The position numbers and the translations under genes were made by a program. The notes under the pieces were generated by a model. The model saw only the letters and a program-made list of their open reading frames with translations. It was not told where the DNA came from and made no database searches. DNA of 63,179 nucleotides, the filler included, from Octopus bimaculoides (lineage: Eukaryota): NCBI RefSeq assembly GCF_001194135.2. It is 10 parts of 8 records of this genome, joined end to end, with 100 filler letters (N's around TTAATTAATTAA, not from the genome) between each part and the next. Parts side by side here need not be neighbours in the genome. Positions count along the whole stretch, not along the records: positions 47,220 to 52,499 come from NC_068990.1; positions 52,600 to 56,479 come from NC_068981.1; positions 56,580 to 58,856 come from NC_068989.1; positions 58,957 to 60,828 come from NW_026341226.1; positions 60,929 to 63,179 come from NC_069003.1; 5 more parts are not named here. One strand, 5' to 3'. Below, in pieces: positions 49,516 to 63,112 of the stretch (the stretch's first letter is position 1; each line of letters begins with the position of its first letter).

Positions 49516-50538
49516 ATACATGTATAAATGAATTACTAGTCAGAAATACAAAGCAAGAAAAGATGCAATATTAATGTGTATAAAGCCAAATAAAAGCTGA
49601 AACGAATGTAGTTACACGGAATGTTTACTTGGTTTAAGTAATCTTGTATTTTTAAATTTTTGTATATTAATGTTTTTGAAATATGTGTAGAAAGAATGAA
49701 AACGTCTGTAATTATCCGTAGCTCTACCGTTTTACAGGGTGTTACAATTTGATTGTCTGTGTAAGGGAGAAATATTTTCCCGGTCTCTTAAATATGAATA
49801 CCAAATGAAGTTTTCTGCTTCAGTTCAAGCTTTTTGTGTTTATATACACTAATTTGTGGTACATCTATACACATTCACACGTACGCGTGATTACGCACGT
49901 ACATAAATTTGTATATATTAACGACAGAACAAGTATTAAAACTGAGAGAAAATATTTATCCACACTTAAACGTGGACGTTCTTTTAGAACAAATTATACT
50001 GCGTTAGATGCCGCGAGAAGATCTCTCCTATTAGCTTTTGACGCAAAATGACTCTTGTTTATATCGTTAGCAGGACGACAAATCCTTCTCAACTCCAGCG
50101 TTGAGACTACCAGAAATGTCTGTATGTGTGTGTATATATATGTCTTTATATATATATATATATATATATATNNNNNNNNNNNNNNNNNNNNNNNNNNNNN
50201 NNNNNNNNNNNNNNNNNNNNNNNNNNNNNNNNNNNNNNNNNNNNNNNNNNNNNNNNNNNNNNNNNNNNNNNNNNNNNNNNNNNNNNNNNNNNNNNNNNNN
50301 NNNNNNNNNNNNNNNNNNNNNNNNNNNNNNNNNNNNNNNNNNNNNNNNNNNNNNNNNNNNNNNNNNNNNNNNNNNNNNNNNNNNNNNNNNNNNNNNNNNN
50401 NNNNNNNNNNNNNNNNNNNNNNNNNNNNNNNNNNNNNNNNNNNNNNNNNNNNNNNNNNNNNNNNNNNNNNNNNNNNNNNNNNNNNNNNNNNNNNNNNNNN
50501 NNNNNNNNNNNNNNNNNNNNNNNNNNNNNNNNNNNNCA

Positions 50539-50582
<44 letters not shown>

Positions 50583-52462
50583 CGTATGTATATATACATG
50601 CATATGTATGTATATATACAGAGGTACCCTCACGACTTCACGCGCACGCACAAACACACACACATACATATTATTCGATTGTTGAAGAATATTCGTTGAT
50701 TTAAACAAAAATGCTAGAGTCTTACTTTTACGAGGTTACCACGACCATTATAAACGTATGCAAATAGTATTTTATGGAACGTATGTAATAGAAATTATTT
50801 TGGTTGAGTCGGTGGTTCTCTCGTGTTTAACGATCATGAAAAGATAAATACCAGACTACAAACTAATTACAATACCATCACTACTTTAAACATATGTTTC
50901 AGTATCCGTCCCGTATGCGACGTCACTAAATCGGTCAAAAATAGCAATTAAATACTTCTCAACTTAATGAAATCCTTAATGAAAAGTTGAACACCGACCT
51001 CTTTGCTATCTTAGAATGGATCTAGTAACAGTTATTCTTCTACTATGGCTCATCCTTAACTTTGTATCTGCTGAATTGTTTACCTACTGAACTATTTACC
51101 TGCTGAAACTGCCAACAGACTTTATACGACTTCATTAACTCTATACGACTTCATTAATTACTTAATACATTCATTCTATCTTATGGCTACTTATATCCTA
51201 AACTAAAGACCAGCCTTTCTATACTGTTTTACCTCAATCTATCCGATGATAGTATACCTGGGTACGTGAATTCATTACGCATTAATATGATCCAGTAGTT
51301 CAAGTATTCCAGACACATCTGCAAGAAATTTTACTTAACTTCCGTATCTTTTCTATGCTTTATTTATACTTTAATTGTACTCTTTACTATGAAGTACAAA
51401 TCTTCGAGTAACATCAAATTCTCTGCTTGCCCGTCTTCCATTTTTTTAATCTCTTTGACATATTAAGCTGCTTAATTTGACCAAAGGTAGAATGGTTTTG
51501 ACCATATCCATTCTTCACTAGGGATGATCGTGGTTTCAACAACATCAATACAAACAACACTTAGTTGGTATACATTGTTTTAATTCGGTGGACTTATCCA
51601 TTTATATCCAATTGTTTAATACATAGTCAACTAGAAACCAAACGCAAATATTTTGAGCAAAAGACTGACACGGAATTGACATTTTGCAAATTTCTTAGCC
51701 TTAACAAGGTAACAGAAATATTTAATAAACAATAAATGAGCAAATAGAATTTGTTGTATGAGAGTAATTCGTTTAAACTTTCTATTAACTTGGAAGTATA
51801 GATAAAGTTTTTGTGTTGATGGGTCATTTGTTTAAATCTGCTGTTAGCATTTGCTACATTTCAAGTAAGACTGTATATATTTCAGGTAATCCAAATTCAA
51901 ATAGTTGTCTTGTTCAATATGTGAATATACAGTATCGGCCATGAATTTTTCAAAATCCAACAATACCATAGCAAACGAATCCAGAACTCAGGTTTTCTGA
52001 AACAATCGTACATAAAATAACTGTTGCAATAAGTAAATGCAAAACTCACATTAAAAAGATGTCACATAGGTTTTGACCACTAACTTTTTGCACTTTCCAG
52101 TTATGACTGATTTCAAATTAAAATACATACAAAACGCAATAAAAATTGTTTACTAAGAGATTTGCCTTCCTTTTTATCTTTTAGAACCCAGGCAATGCAA
52201 GAACAATACAGGTTATAGACACAAACGTCGGACAAAAAGTAATTTATTAACATTATTGGCAAGAAAAATCGTATATATCGTATTTGAACGTTTAATCTCA
52301 ATAGAAATGGTATCAGTATAGAATGTTTGGCGTCTCTATTAAGTTACAATTCAAAGCGATCTAGACTTGCCAATCACATTTTCATTCTCCTTTGACATAA
52401 GTACGGCGAAGTTTACTTGAAACCATCTGTGCTCATATCGTATTAATATCAAGTGACAGATA

Positions 52463-52499
<37 letters not shown>

Positions 52500-52964
52500 N
52501 NNNNNNNNNNNNNNNNNNNNNNNNNNNNNNNNNNNNNNNNNNNTTAATTAATTAANNNNNNNNNNNNNNNNNNNNNNNNNNNNNNNNNNNNNNNNNNNNA
52601 CCACCACCACCACCACCACCACCACCAAAAACAACAACAACAACAACAACAGCAACTCAGCAAGACTTATACTTCACTTTCAAAACCCTGAACATCACAG
52701 AACTAAAACTGTGAAGGTATCTACAAATGTCGGACCAATCCATAACTGAAGATCCATCAAATTTTAGGGAAATACGACTTTAAATCCACCAGCCCTTTTC
52801 ATTAACTAATTATTCAATATATCGAGCGACCAGTCCATGAAATCATCGATTAGTTAGTCAATCCATCAATCGATCTATCTTTAATCAGTTTGTGAAATCC
52901 GACAATAAATAAAGAAATGCTGAAGACATGTATGTATTTTTTATGAAATAAAACTATGTTTATT

Positions 52965-53003
<39 letters not shown>

Positions 53004-53117
53004 GTCATCATTGTCCAATGTTTGATTCCCATGCCGGTTTGGGTTGGAAAATCTGGATGCACACACACCTATGCATATATCTTTGGGTTCCAGAGGGGTT
53101 TATAAGAAGTTTTTCTT

Positions 53118-53645
53118 CTATATTTTCCGCCATTCAGTTTTGGGGAGAAGTTTGCTATGAAGAGTTGTTCTATATTTTTTCTGAAGAAGGTCTCATTCCT
53201 TGGGCATTTATAAAAGAGAAAGATCTCGAATATTCCTTCTCCACATGCTTCTAAACGTTTACTTAGTGGAATTTTTTGTAGCTCTCCCTGTCAGACATGT
53301 TGTCGGTGAATTCTGGCTCATTGACATAAAGAATTGTCAGTTTCACCTCTTTAGTTCTCCTCGCACGTGGGACAGGTTATGCAATATATTACGTTTTGTG
53401 TCTTGCAATTCATGATTGCATTTACTTGGAATGTGTGTCCACTCTAAAATTTTATTTGGATGCTTTCCTCTATATATTTGTAGATGGGGTTACTGCAGAT
53501 CGTACATCTACTATCTCCACATTTTTTCTCAACCAATTCGGTTTCATTCTCTGATGAGAATTTTGCTTTTGTCAGTTGTTTTTTCAGGTTTTTCTCTTGC
53601 CGTTTACTGTTTCTTATGCAATATTTGTTTAATAGGTTTCCCATT
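53118..53645 (-). pseudogene. Penelope-like element C-terminus with GIY-YIG endonuclease
   Basis: RQEKNLKKQLTKAKF...KCGDSRCTIC...MNCKTQNVIYCITCPTCEEN*RGET...RIHRQH...EQLFIANFSPKLN. Confidence 0.88.
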
Positions 53646-53647
53646 TT

Positions 53648-53738
53648 GAACAAGAACAAAATGCCCCGCCTTGTTCAGGAATAGAATCCATGATCTAGCA
53701 ATTGTGAGTGCAACGCCCTAGTCATTAGGCTACGTGCC
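53648..53738 (-). mobile_element. tRNA-derived SINE head
   Basis: Reverse complement: ggcacgtagcctaatgactagggcgttgcactcacaattgctagatcatggattctattcc. Confidence 0.55.
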
Positions 53739-54645
53739 TTCATTCAACACGTACCTCAAGTAAAAACAAACATTGAATACATATTTAATACCAATGTTGA
53801 ATACAAACATTTTGAATGCAAAAGTTGACCATTTTATCATCTACTGTCGGGAGACAAATCATGTTCGCAGCTATAATATCATCAACGGCACCGTCCAAAT
53901 TTTACATGGAATTTTATGCTACCAAATATGAATAATGTCTGCTTCATGGGGCCACTGCTTTTGCGATTGAAACTCATTCTTTATGTCATTCGTAGAAGCA
54001 TAAAATAACAACTGAATAATACTACAAACGATGGCTCCTGTTTATTTTCGCGCAATTACGATTTTTATCTCCTGGTGTAAAATGAAAGCAAAAGTTTACA
54101 CCAACTATTTTGCCTCATCATTCTCTGTTAGTTGGTTGCAGGCTACAACTATTACATTTACTGCATCCAGAACAATGAATAATTATCAAAGTGTAAGTGA
54201 TCAAGTGAGTATCGAAAATAACGCACATGGAGTGTTTTCAGAAAGCTTTGATCCATTAGCTACTAAAGTGATTTGTGTTTGATGGCGTAAACATTAACCT
54301 AATAGTTAGACGATGATATTGCAGAGATTTTAGATGACAAATTGCATTAACTATGTTCAATAGAAATAAAAGTGGGCTATATCCTATCTACATAATATTT
54401 TTTGAACTTCACGTAGAGAGTAGTGCAAAATAAATTTTCAAACATTGCAACAGTATCCCAAGTTTTTTGTTATTTGCTTTCAATATGACTGAAATTGTAG
54501 CTTTTATGAGTCATGTAATTGCGCTTAAATTTTCAACGTGATACATATACAAGTATTTGAAACTATATTCTCCGTATGCATAATCTCTAAATAGTAACAT
54601 TCACCGAACTACAGATACACAGACAGACAGACAGACAGACATACA

Positions 54646-54691
<46 letters not shown>

Positions 54692-54843
54692 NNNNNNNNN
54701 NNNNNNNNNNNNNNNNNNNNNNNNNNNNNNNNNNNNNNNNNNNNNNNNNNNNNNNNNNNNNNNNNNNNNNNNNNNNNNNNNNNNNNNNNNNNNNNNNNNN
54801 NNNNNNNNNNNNNNNNNNNNNNNNNNNNNNNNNNNNNNNNNNN

Positions 54844-54874
<31 letters not shown>

Positions 54875-54880
54875 ATATAC

Positions 54881-55034
54881 ACGACAGGATTCTTTCAGTT
54901 TCTGTCTAACAAATCTACTCACAATATTTTGGTCGATCCGAGGCTATAGTAAAAGACATTTGCCCAAGGTGTCAAGCAGTGAGACTGAAACCATATGGTT
55001 GGGAAGCAGGTTTTTTAACCACACAGCCATGCCT
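54881..55034 (-). mobile_element. SINE family B
   Basis: ttctttcagtttctgtctaacaaatctactcac...gaggctatagtaaaagacatttgcccaaggtg...ccacacagccatgcc. Confidence 0.88.
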
Positions 55035-55526
55035 TCTCCTTCACAAACAGACACACATGCACACAGACATATATACACATATATCTGTGTGTGTATGTAT
55101 GTAAACGATTGCCTAATAGTTGCAAGTGATCAGCGAGGAATAATAAGGAGGTTAGCTGTTTAAGACACTCCTAGATTGCAGTTTTTTCAGCCCTCTTTTG
55201 ACTGCATCGAAATATTTTCGTTATACATTAAATTCGTAGTCATATTTGATTAGCGCAATGGAACGTTTTGAAGCCAAATATTTAATAACCCTTCCAGGTG
55301 TAATTTTTTTTTTCTTATCTGCACTAATTTTCTTCAGTTTCTCTGACTGTCTCTATTATTTTCTAAAATATCATTTTTGCAGCATACAAACAATTATGCT
55401 AAGTTTAAATTTATCTATATAGGATAAGTTTTACTGCGTAAATTGGCTTAATAAAATTAACCAATTTTTTAAAATCTGTTGCACTGAGAAATAAAATTTC
55501 GAAGATTTATTATAACAAAGAATTTT

Positions 55527-55825
55527 GCGGGCGGATGGCTTAGTTGTTAATGTATTTTACTCAGATTGCAAAACCATGCATTCAATTCATGGACCAAATT
55601 ATTTTGTTCCTGAGCAAAACACCCTAACTCACGTTGTTCTGCTATACCTTCGACGTCAAACGTGCGGTACACAGTTCAACTGTTGAAGTATCGTCGATTT
55701 GATAGAAGGAGTATAACAATGATCAACACAAAAATTCGATCACTAGAAAAAAATCAAGTGTGTAGATTGTTCAGCAAGAAATGACAGAACCGGTTATCTT
55801 AGACTACGAGAGACGACTTGATGCC
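55527..55825 (+). mobile_element. Degenerate tRNA-head SINE with a CORE-like motif
   Basis: ggatggcttagttgttaatgtatt...gttcctgagcaaaacaccctaactcacgttg. Confidence 0.5.
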
Positions 55826-56704
55826 ATATAATAAAATGTTTTCATTAAAATAAATGCAAATTTAATAAATATTGTTATGTTTCGGGATGGTTATTTTTAC
55901 TTGCCAAATAAATATGCGCACAATATATTCGTTCTTCACTCGTTTATTATTGTATTTTTATCTTATGTTCATTATCTAGAAGTCTTTCGTTACACATCTG
56001 TGACCTCTTCAGTGACTCTTCTATCCACGTGTTTCTTGCCGCTGTGTTTAGCAAAAAAGGAAGAAAAACTGACCATCCAGAAACATACCAATATCTCGTT
56101 CAACACGAGATTTTACATCAGGAAACTTGCAAATAAATCAATCAACGAAATTAGTTTCTCGTAAAATTTGAGGTATACCTTTCAATTTTCCTACCTTCAA
56201 AAATGTGATGATATACCACAATATTATGTTTGCAGGTGAAGGTGAGGTAACGACCAGTTAACTCTACATGATGAATTCCGATTGTAGGCTGATGGTAACC
56301 AGAAAGCCTCTGTGTCACTTCAACAGTAAAAAGTACTAAGGCAAATCGATATTGCAAAGCAAGATCTCCTCTGAAATTTGTGACACAATTTGCAATGGAG
56401 ATTGACTATACATGCATACATACATACATACATCTTTGTATATATATACATACATATATGTATATATATATATATATATNNNNNNNNNNNNNNNNNNNNN
56501 NNNNNNNNNNNNNNNNNNNNNNNTTAATTAATTAANNNNNNNNNNNNNNNNNNNNNNNNNNNNNNNNNNNNNNNNNNNNATATATATATATATATATATA
56601 TATATAATTGATTTTACATGACTGATTTTCACTGATGGTTAAAAAGATTCAGTTGAAATATGAAATATTAGATAACGAAATTAATGTGTCTTTAAGATCA
56701 AAAC

Positions 56705-56705
<1 letters not shown>

Positions 56706-56754
<49 letters not shown>

Positions 56755-56763
56755 GTCTATCTG

Positions 56764-56798
<35 letters not shown>

Positions 56799-56952
56799 GT
56801 CTATCTCTTTGTCTCTGTGTCTGTCTCTTTGTCTCTGTGACTGTCTCTGTCTATTTATAAATCCACCTATCTATCTATTCATGTGATTATGTGTATGTAT
56901 GTATACTGCTGCTGCTGCTACTGCTACTACTATTACTGCTACTACTACTACA

Positions 56953-56998
<46 letters not shown>
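56706..56998. repeat. (TATC)n, (TGTC)n and (ACT)n microsatellites
   Basis: Direct. Confidence 0.9.
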
Positions 56999-58739
56999 AA
57001 AGACAGTGAACTGGGAGGAATTTTAACTGTATTTATTCTGGCTCTATATTCTAAATTTTCTGGCGAATGAAAACTGGGAAAATGTCACGATCAGGTTGCC
57101 CATCCGCACTCAGAAATGAATGATCTGGCAAATATGGCAAATACAGAGACGTCACCTCGTTCGATTGCTGCCGATCGACCATCCTACTTTGTTTCATGGT
57201 ACATGTCATAAAACTGGAACACATACGTTTCAGTTTATTAAGGGAAGTACAGATTTCATTGCCTCGAAAACCAATTAACCGCCGAGATTAACTCCATGGT
57301 AGTTGGTTCTGAGGCTGACGCTCCTATAGAAATATCTTGAGCACTATCGGTGACAATGAGCAAAAACCACTTCTATTGTTTGTGGGTGCATTTTGAGCAA
57401 CATATCGTTCCGCATCTGACTTTGTGTCTAAGCTGTAATGATATATCTAAGAAGGACTGTGCTCCGGCATTTTGTATAAAGTATGTTGCCACGCAGTCAT
57501 AGCACTCAGTTAACTGGAATACGCCGATGGCAGGAAATAAACCACATTTTCTACAGAGAGTTACTGAATTGTGCGAGGATGATGTAGAAGGAATGATTTT
57601 AAAAGAATGAGTAGCCTTTCAGTTGAGATATTGAAATCGAAAACTATGAAAAGCTTCTTAAATCCACAACATGGAAGTACTAAAAAGGTGATTCACGTCA
57701 AAGGTAAGGTAAACAAGCGTGAAGGTGCCAACAGTCGTACCTGTAGACGCGCATTGAATGTTGATCCGCACACCCGCGATCGAAGGTAATGAATTAATAA
57801 AGAATGAGGGAGAGTTATAAACATTGACAATTTCAGCCTGAGGCAACGCGAAGTAATTTTTTTCTATATTGGGATAACAAACGCTCGAAAATCTGATGGT
57901 GTTTGAAGTTATTTGGAAAGCGATATAAGAAAAAGACATGATTGCTAAAACATGAGAAGTAAGCATAAATTAATGTCATTTTCGCAAAGACAGACGTAAG
58001 AGGTCAGAGTCTAAAACAAAGGAATCTACATAAACGGGGACGTTAGATTTCAGGCAAACGTTGAAGTAATACGTATAACCAGGATAGCAATAATAAACAA
58101 CAGATAATAGTGGATGATTTGTGTCCCAGGCATGATCGAAGGTTGAGATGTTGGTGTTAGTTGAAGTTGATCTACGACGCTCATACTGGAATGAATTCAC
58201 GAATGTTCAAATAAACAAATAAAATAAATAAAAGGAAAGAGATTATGTAAATTCTTCTTGGATTAAGAGATATTGTGTTCCTGTTTGTCATTGCATGATA
58301 ATTTAGGTTTACTTTGTATGGGAAAATGAAACTCCGGCATATGCGTTGCAGCGAAAGCTTTCATTAATCTCTGTACTTCAACAAAGCTGTCTAGAAGTGA
58401 CTCGCGATGCGCTTATAAAATTATGTGTACGTACACGTTGGTAATTCTGTCAGGGGATAATGCATTTGTTGATAATTACTGAGCTTTATCCGAGAGTCAT
58501 TTCTGTGTACACTCTAGCGGCCACCCTTCTGAAAAAAACGTTTCCCTACGACTATTATCTAACGATGTAAGCATGCATCAGGTATAACAGTGGAAATCAG
58601 CATGTCACCAATATTCAATTATCTTTCTGTCGGAATGCTGAGGAAACTAATTTCAAAATCGAAACTCTAATAAAGGGACAGCAAATACTATTAAACAGGA
58701 GAACTTCTTGAGAGCACCTTCTCTTTATCTCCCCTCCTA

Positions 58740-58856
58740 TTCTTCTTCTTCTTCTTCATCTTCTTCTCCTCCTCCTCCTTCTTCTTCTTCTTCTTCTTCT
58801 TCTTCTTCTTCTTCTTCTTCTTCTTCTTCTTCTTCTTCTTCTTCTTCTTCTTCTTC
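58740..58856. repeat. (TCT)n microsatellite
   Basis: Direct. Confidence 0.95.
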
Positions 58857-58956
58857 NNNNNNNNNNNNNNNNNNNNNNNNNNNNNNNNNNNNNNNNNNNN
58901 TTAATTAATTAANNNNNNNNNNNNNNNNNNNNNNNNNNNNNNNNNNNNNNNNNNNN

Positions 58957-59043
58957 ACTTGCCCAAGATGCCACGGAGTGGGACTGAACCCAGAACCATG
59001 TAATTGGGAAGCAAGCTTCTTACCGCACAGCCAAGCCTGCACC
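58957..59043 (-). mobile_element. SINE family B head, well preserved
   Basis: acttgcccaagatgccacggagtgggactgaacccagaaccatgtaattgggaagcaagcttcttaccgcacagcc. Confidence 0.9.
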
Positions 59044-59230
59044 TATACAGTCACACAGGCATTCGCATACACAAGCCCACATGTATACACAAATCGTTAC
59101 ACGTGCATACTCATCTACATGCTGCCGAATGCACGCTCAAATACAAAATTATTATAGAAAAATATACAGCATACTTTGGCATACATGTATACCATTAACA
59201 TTCACAAAAGTATTCCTGAATTGGTATTTA

Positions 59231-59343
59231 CACACACACATGTGGAGGCATACAAACAGGCATGCACACACACATGTGGAGGCATACAAACAGGCATGCA
59301 CACACACATGTGGAGGCATACAAACAGGCATGCACACACACAT
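59231..59343. repeat. 34-bp perfect minisatellite x3.3
   Basis: cacacacacatgtggaggcatacaaacaggcatg at 59231, 59265 and 59299. Confidence 0.95.
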
Positions 59344-60018
59344 AGCTTCACAGACACATATATACACCGAAATATATATATANNNNNNNNNNNNNNNNNN
59401 NNNNNNNNNNNNNNNNNNNNNNNNNNNNNNNNNNNNNNNNNNNNNNNNNNNNNNNNNNNNNNNNNNNNNNNNNNNNNNNNNNNNNNNNNNNNNNNNNNNN
59501 NNNNNNNNNNNNNNNNNNNNNNNNNNNNNNNNNNNNNNNNNNNNNNNNNNNNNNNNNNNNNNNNNNNNNNNNNNNNNNNNNNNNNNNNNNNNNNNNNNNN
59601 NNNNNNNNNNNNNNNNNNNNNNNNNNNNNNNNNNNNNNNNNNNNNNNNNNNNNNNNNNNNNNNNNNNNNNNNNNNNNNNNNNNNNNNNNNNNNNNNNNNN
59701 NNNNNNNNNNNNNNNNNNNNNNNNNNNNNNNNNNNNNNNNNNNNNNNNNNNNNNNNNNNNNNNNNNNNNNNNNNNNNNNNNNNNNNNNNNNNNNNNNNNN
59801 NNNNNNNNNNNNNNNNNNNNNNNNNNNNNNNNNNNNNNNNNNNNNNNNNNNNNNNNNNNNNNNNNNNNNNNNNNNNNNNNNNNNNNNNNNNNNNNNNNNN
59901 NNNNNNNNNNNNNNNNNNNNNNNNNNNNNNNNNNNNNNNATTTGTGTGCGTGTGTTTGTGGACAGGTATGCATGAATATACATACGAACATACACATTCA
60001 TATATATATGTACTTATG

Positions 60019-60059
<41 letters not shown>

Positions 60060-60928
60060 CTGTGTGTTAGTATATGACTAAAGTCCTCACTCTAACTCTC
60101 TCCCCTCTCTTTCTCTCCCCTCTCTCTCTCTCCCTCTCTATCTCTCTCTCTCTTACACACACACACATAAACACATACACACACACACACACAAATACCG
60201 GCGCCGAGACTCATATCACTCCAAAGGCTCATATACAGACAACATTCTCACCACATCGCCCCCACCTGAATATATATATATTTGCGCGCGTGCGCGTGTG
60301 TGGATGTGTGTGCGCGCGCGCGTGTGCGTGTATGTGTATGTGTACATTTAGGTGCGTGTACCTGATGTTTCGCGGAACAGCTACGTTAGCTTTCTAAAAG
60401 CAGGTGTGTATGCTTTCATAAACACTCCTGTCTTATTTCTGTATAATGTTGCATTGTGTGCGAATGTAACGTTATATTTTATGTGTTCGAAACAGCAATT
60501 GTGAATATCCCATGATGTAATGCATTCACTTTCAGCTCTGCATCTCAGATGAAGTCGTTTGGCAGGCAAGTACAATTCCAAAATGCATTGTGCACACAGT
60601 CAAACACGCACACACACACACACACACACACCTATATGTGTGTTTGTGTTCGTGTGTGCGTATCTGTGTGTGTTTGTCTGTATGTGCATGTGTGTGTTTG
60701 TGTGTGTTTGCCTTTATGTGTGTGTGTTTGTGTGTGTTTGCCTCTACGTATGTGTGTTTGTGTGGGTGTGTGTTTGTATGTGCGTGTGTTTCCTTCTATG
60801 CGTGTGTGTGTGTATATTTGTGTGTCTGNNNNNNNNNNNNNNNNNNNNNNNNNNNNNNNNNNNNNNNNNNNNTTAATTAATTAANNNNNNNNNNNNNNNN
60901 NNNNNNNNNNNNNNNNNNNNNNNNNNNN

Positions 60929-61230
60929 CTTTACAGAGCAGAAAAATTTGTCAGCAACCAGCCATGAGACTCGAACTCATATCCCTTCAATTTCTTTCTA
61001 TTTGTACTACAACACGTTTCAGCGCTTCAAAAATAAACTTATGTTTGCTTACATATGACGTAATTTCTATTCCATCTTGCGTTTCTAGATGAGTTTATAA
61101 ATTCTAAATTGCTGACGAATTTATCCACAAAGCAGTTTAGCTTAGATGGTAAAGCACTTTGACCGAAAATTGAAGGGATGTGAGTTCAAGTCTCATGGCT
61201 GGTTGCTGACAGATTTTCCTGCTTTGTAAG
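60929..61230. repeat. Palindromic element with ~64-bp arms containing tRNA-type B boxes
   Basis: 60929-60993 versus 61167-61230, about 5 mismatches; A box tagcttagatgg (61138) and B box gagttcaagtc (61182). Confidence 0.85.
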
Positions 61231-61304
61231 GATTTTATGCTATTCTATCAGTACTTTTGCGTTGAAAAAAAAATATTTTTCTACTTTTACTAAAACTATT
61301 ATTA

Positions 61305-61410
61305 TTATTCGGGGTTGATAAATCAGATGCCAGTGAAACAGTGGTGTCGATATAATCGACTAGTCCCCTTCCGCCAAATTTCAGCCCCTTTTCCTTTATA
61401 GTAGGAAGGA
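61305..61410 (+). mobile_element. SINE family A, 3' half
   Basis: cggggttgataaa...gtggtgtcgatataatcgactagtcccc. Confidence 0.75.
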
Positions 61411-61668
61411 TTATAATAATAATAATGATTTCATTTATTTGCCACCAGGGCGAAGGATGAGGGGATAATACAAAAGCAGACATAAAGTGTAGGGGGTTAC
61501 ATATAAGGAAATGCTAAAGAAAAAGGGAAGAAAGAAAGAAATTAAGTAATTATTATTATTATCATTATTGTTATAATTGTTGTTATTGTAGTTATCATCA
61601 TCATCATCATCATCATTATCATCATCATCATCGTCATTATTATCATTATCATAATCATTATTATTATT

Positions 61669-61868
61669 AAGCCGGCGAGTTGCCAGAATCTTTAGCACGA
61701 CGACGAAATTCTAAGCGGCATTTCTTCTGGCCTCTGAGTTCAAACGTTGTTTTTCATCGTTTCGGGGGTTGATGTAATAAGTACCTGTTGAGCGCTGGGG
61801 TCGGGGAAATCGACTAACCCCCTTCTCCCCACAAAAGTTCAAGCCTTGTGCCTATACTACAAAGAATG
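61669..61868 (+). mobile_element. SINE family A, full-length degenerate
   Basis: aagccggcgagttgccagaatctttagcacg...ctgagttcaaa...aagtacctgttgagcgctggggtcg. Confidence 0.85.
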
Positions 61869-61884
61869 CCTATACTACTTCTAC

Positions 61885-62093
61885 TCATGACCAGAGATGC
61901 ACACATCGTCAGTCACTAAGGGACATCCTCAACTAGTTAAGGTCAAGCAAGTGACAAGCAAATGTGTGATACTGAGCAAAATATCTGCTGTAGCCCATCT
62001 TTTACACGAAGACAAAACAATGTACATGATAACACTTCCAATCAGTTAAGACCAAAAGCTATGAGAGCCACTGCCTGGTACTGCATCTGGGCA

Positions 62094-62152
<59 letters not shown>
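61885..62152 (+). mobile_element. Probable retroelement 3' end with a (TAT)n tail
   Basis: Complex sequence ending gagccactgcctggtactgcatctgggca directly followed by (TAT)n; family not determined. Confidence 0.4.
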
Positions 62153-62754
62153 GTATCATCATCATCATCATCATTTGTTCTTTCTCATATATTTTCTCAT
62201 GGATATGCGTTGCAATGGCCTTCAGTAACTACTGCTGCTACTATTGCTACAACCAATCGTAGTAGCTGCCGCGTTTGTAGAAGCTCCTATCGCTATTTTC
62301 GTCGTCATTGTTGTTAATAGTTGCGTGATTATTGTTGTTGTTAATATCGTTGTTGTTGCTACTGCTGCTGCTGCTGCTGATGTACTGTTACGTAGTTATT
62401 CTTGCTATCGCTGTTGTGGCTATTGTTATTGTTGCTATTGTTATTGATGTTGTCAAAGAAGAGAAACATAACGCGGAAATCCGCCATTTTGATTTCATCT
62501 CCTATGGCTGTTTCTTTGATACTTCTCTTCACTGAAGATGGCGCTTTGACAATAGCAACCAGATATCAGTCTTTCAGCCGCTTCTTGAGTGCTTTAGTGT
62601 GCACATTCGAGAACACACACACACACACGCACGTACATGTAAATAAAAACATACCTTTATACATACATACATACATACATAAATATATATACATATAGTT
62701 GAAATTTACAGAAAAAAAGACGAAGATATATATATGTCTGTGTATGTGTGTGTT

Positions 62755-62809
<55 letters not shown>

Positions 62810-63112
62810 ATATACGCACACATTTATATATGTATACACACACATGCACTCTCACTGACTGAGGCACTTCTCAAACATGTGGCAGGAACATGCATGTATG
62901 CTGACATTGTAAACACGCCGTGGAATTCCTTGGATGTGTACAAGCTTGCATACATAATTAGATATATTTACGCACGTAAGAATTTATCTAATACTATAAG
63001 TACACACATACACGCTTGCACGCTCTCAAACATACATAGCATATTATATACATACGCTTCTGTATGTATTTAAATCTCTCTCTCTCTCTCTCGCTGCTAT
63101 ATATATACATAT

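Noticed and set aside
48176-50708. Long ORFs of 200-436 aa in the ORF track (also 5648-6661, 27015-27540, 28771-29476, 59081-60081)
   Set aside because: They are open only because they cross N gaps and CA/TA microsatellites.
50888-50930. GAAACATATGT palindrome (similar at ~38930) as a hammerhead
   Set aside because: The CUGANGA core is absent; too degenerate to support.
50940-51850. Possible third Penelope RT remnant
   Set aside because: Only vague motifs (LLDHIN, YRK) and no ordered set; not supportable.
57740-57850. Cadherin-like reading NVYNSPSF...GTTVGT
   Set aside because: Lacks the DxNDN, PE and DxD calcium-binding residues.
61132-61205. Possible tRNA gene
   Set aside because: A and B boxes are present but no convincing acceptor or anticodon stems; treated as tRNA-derived.
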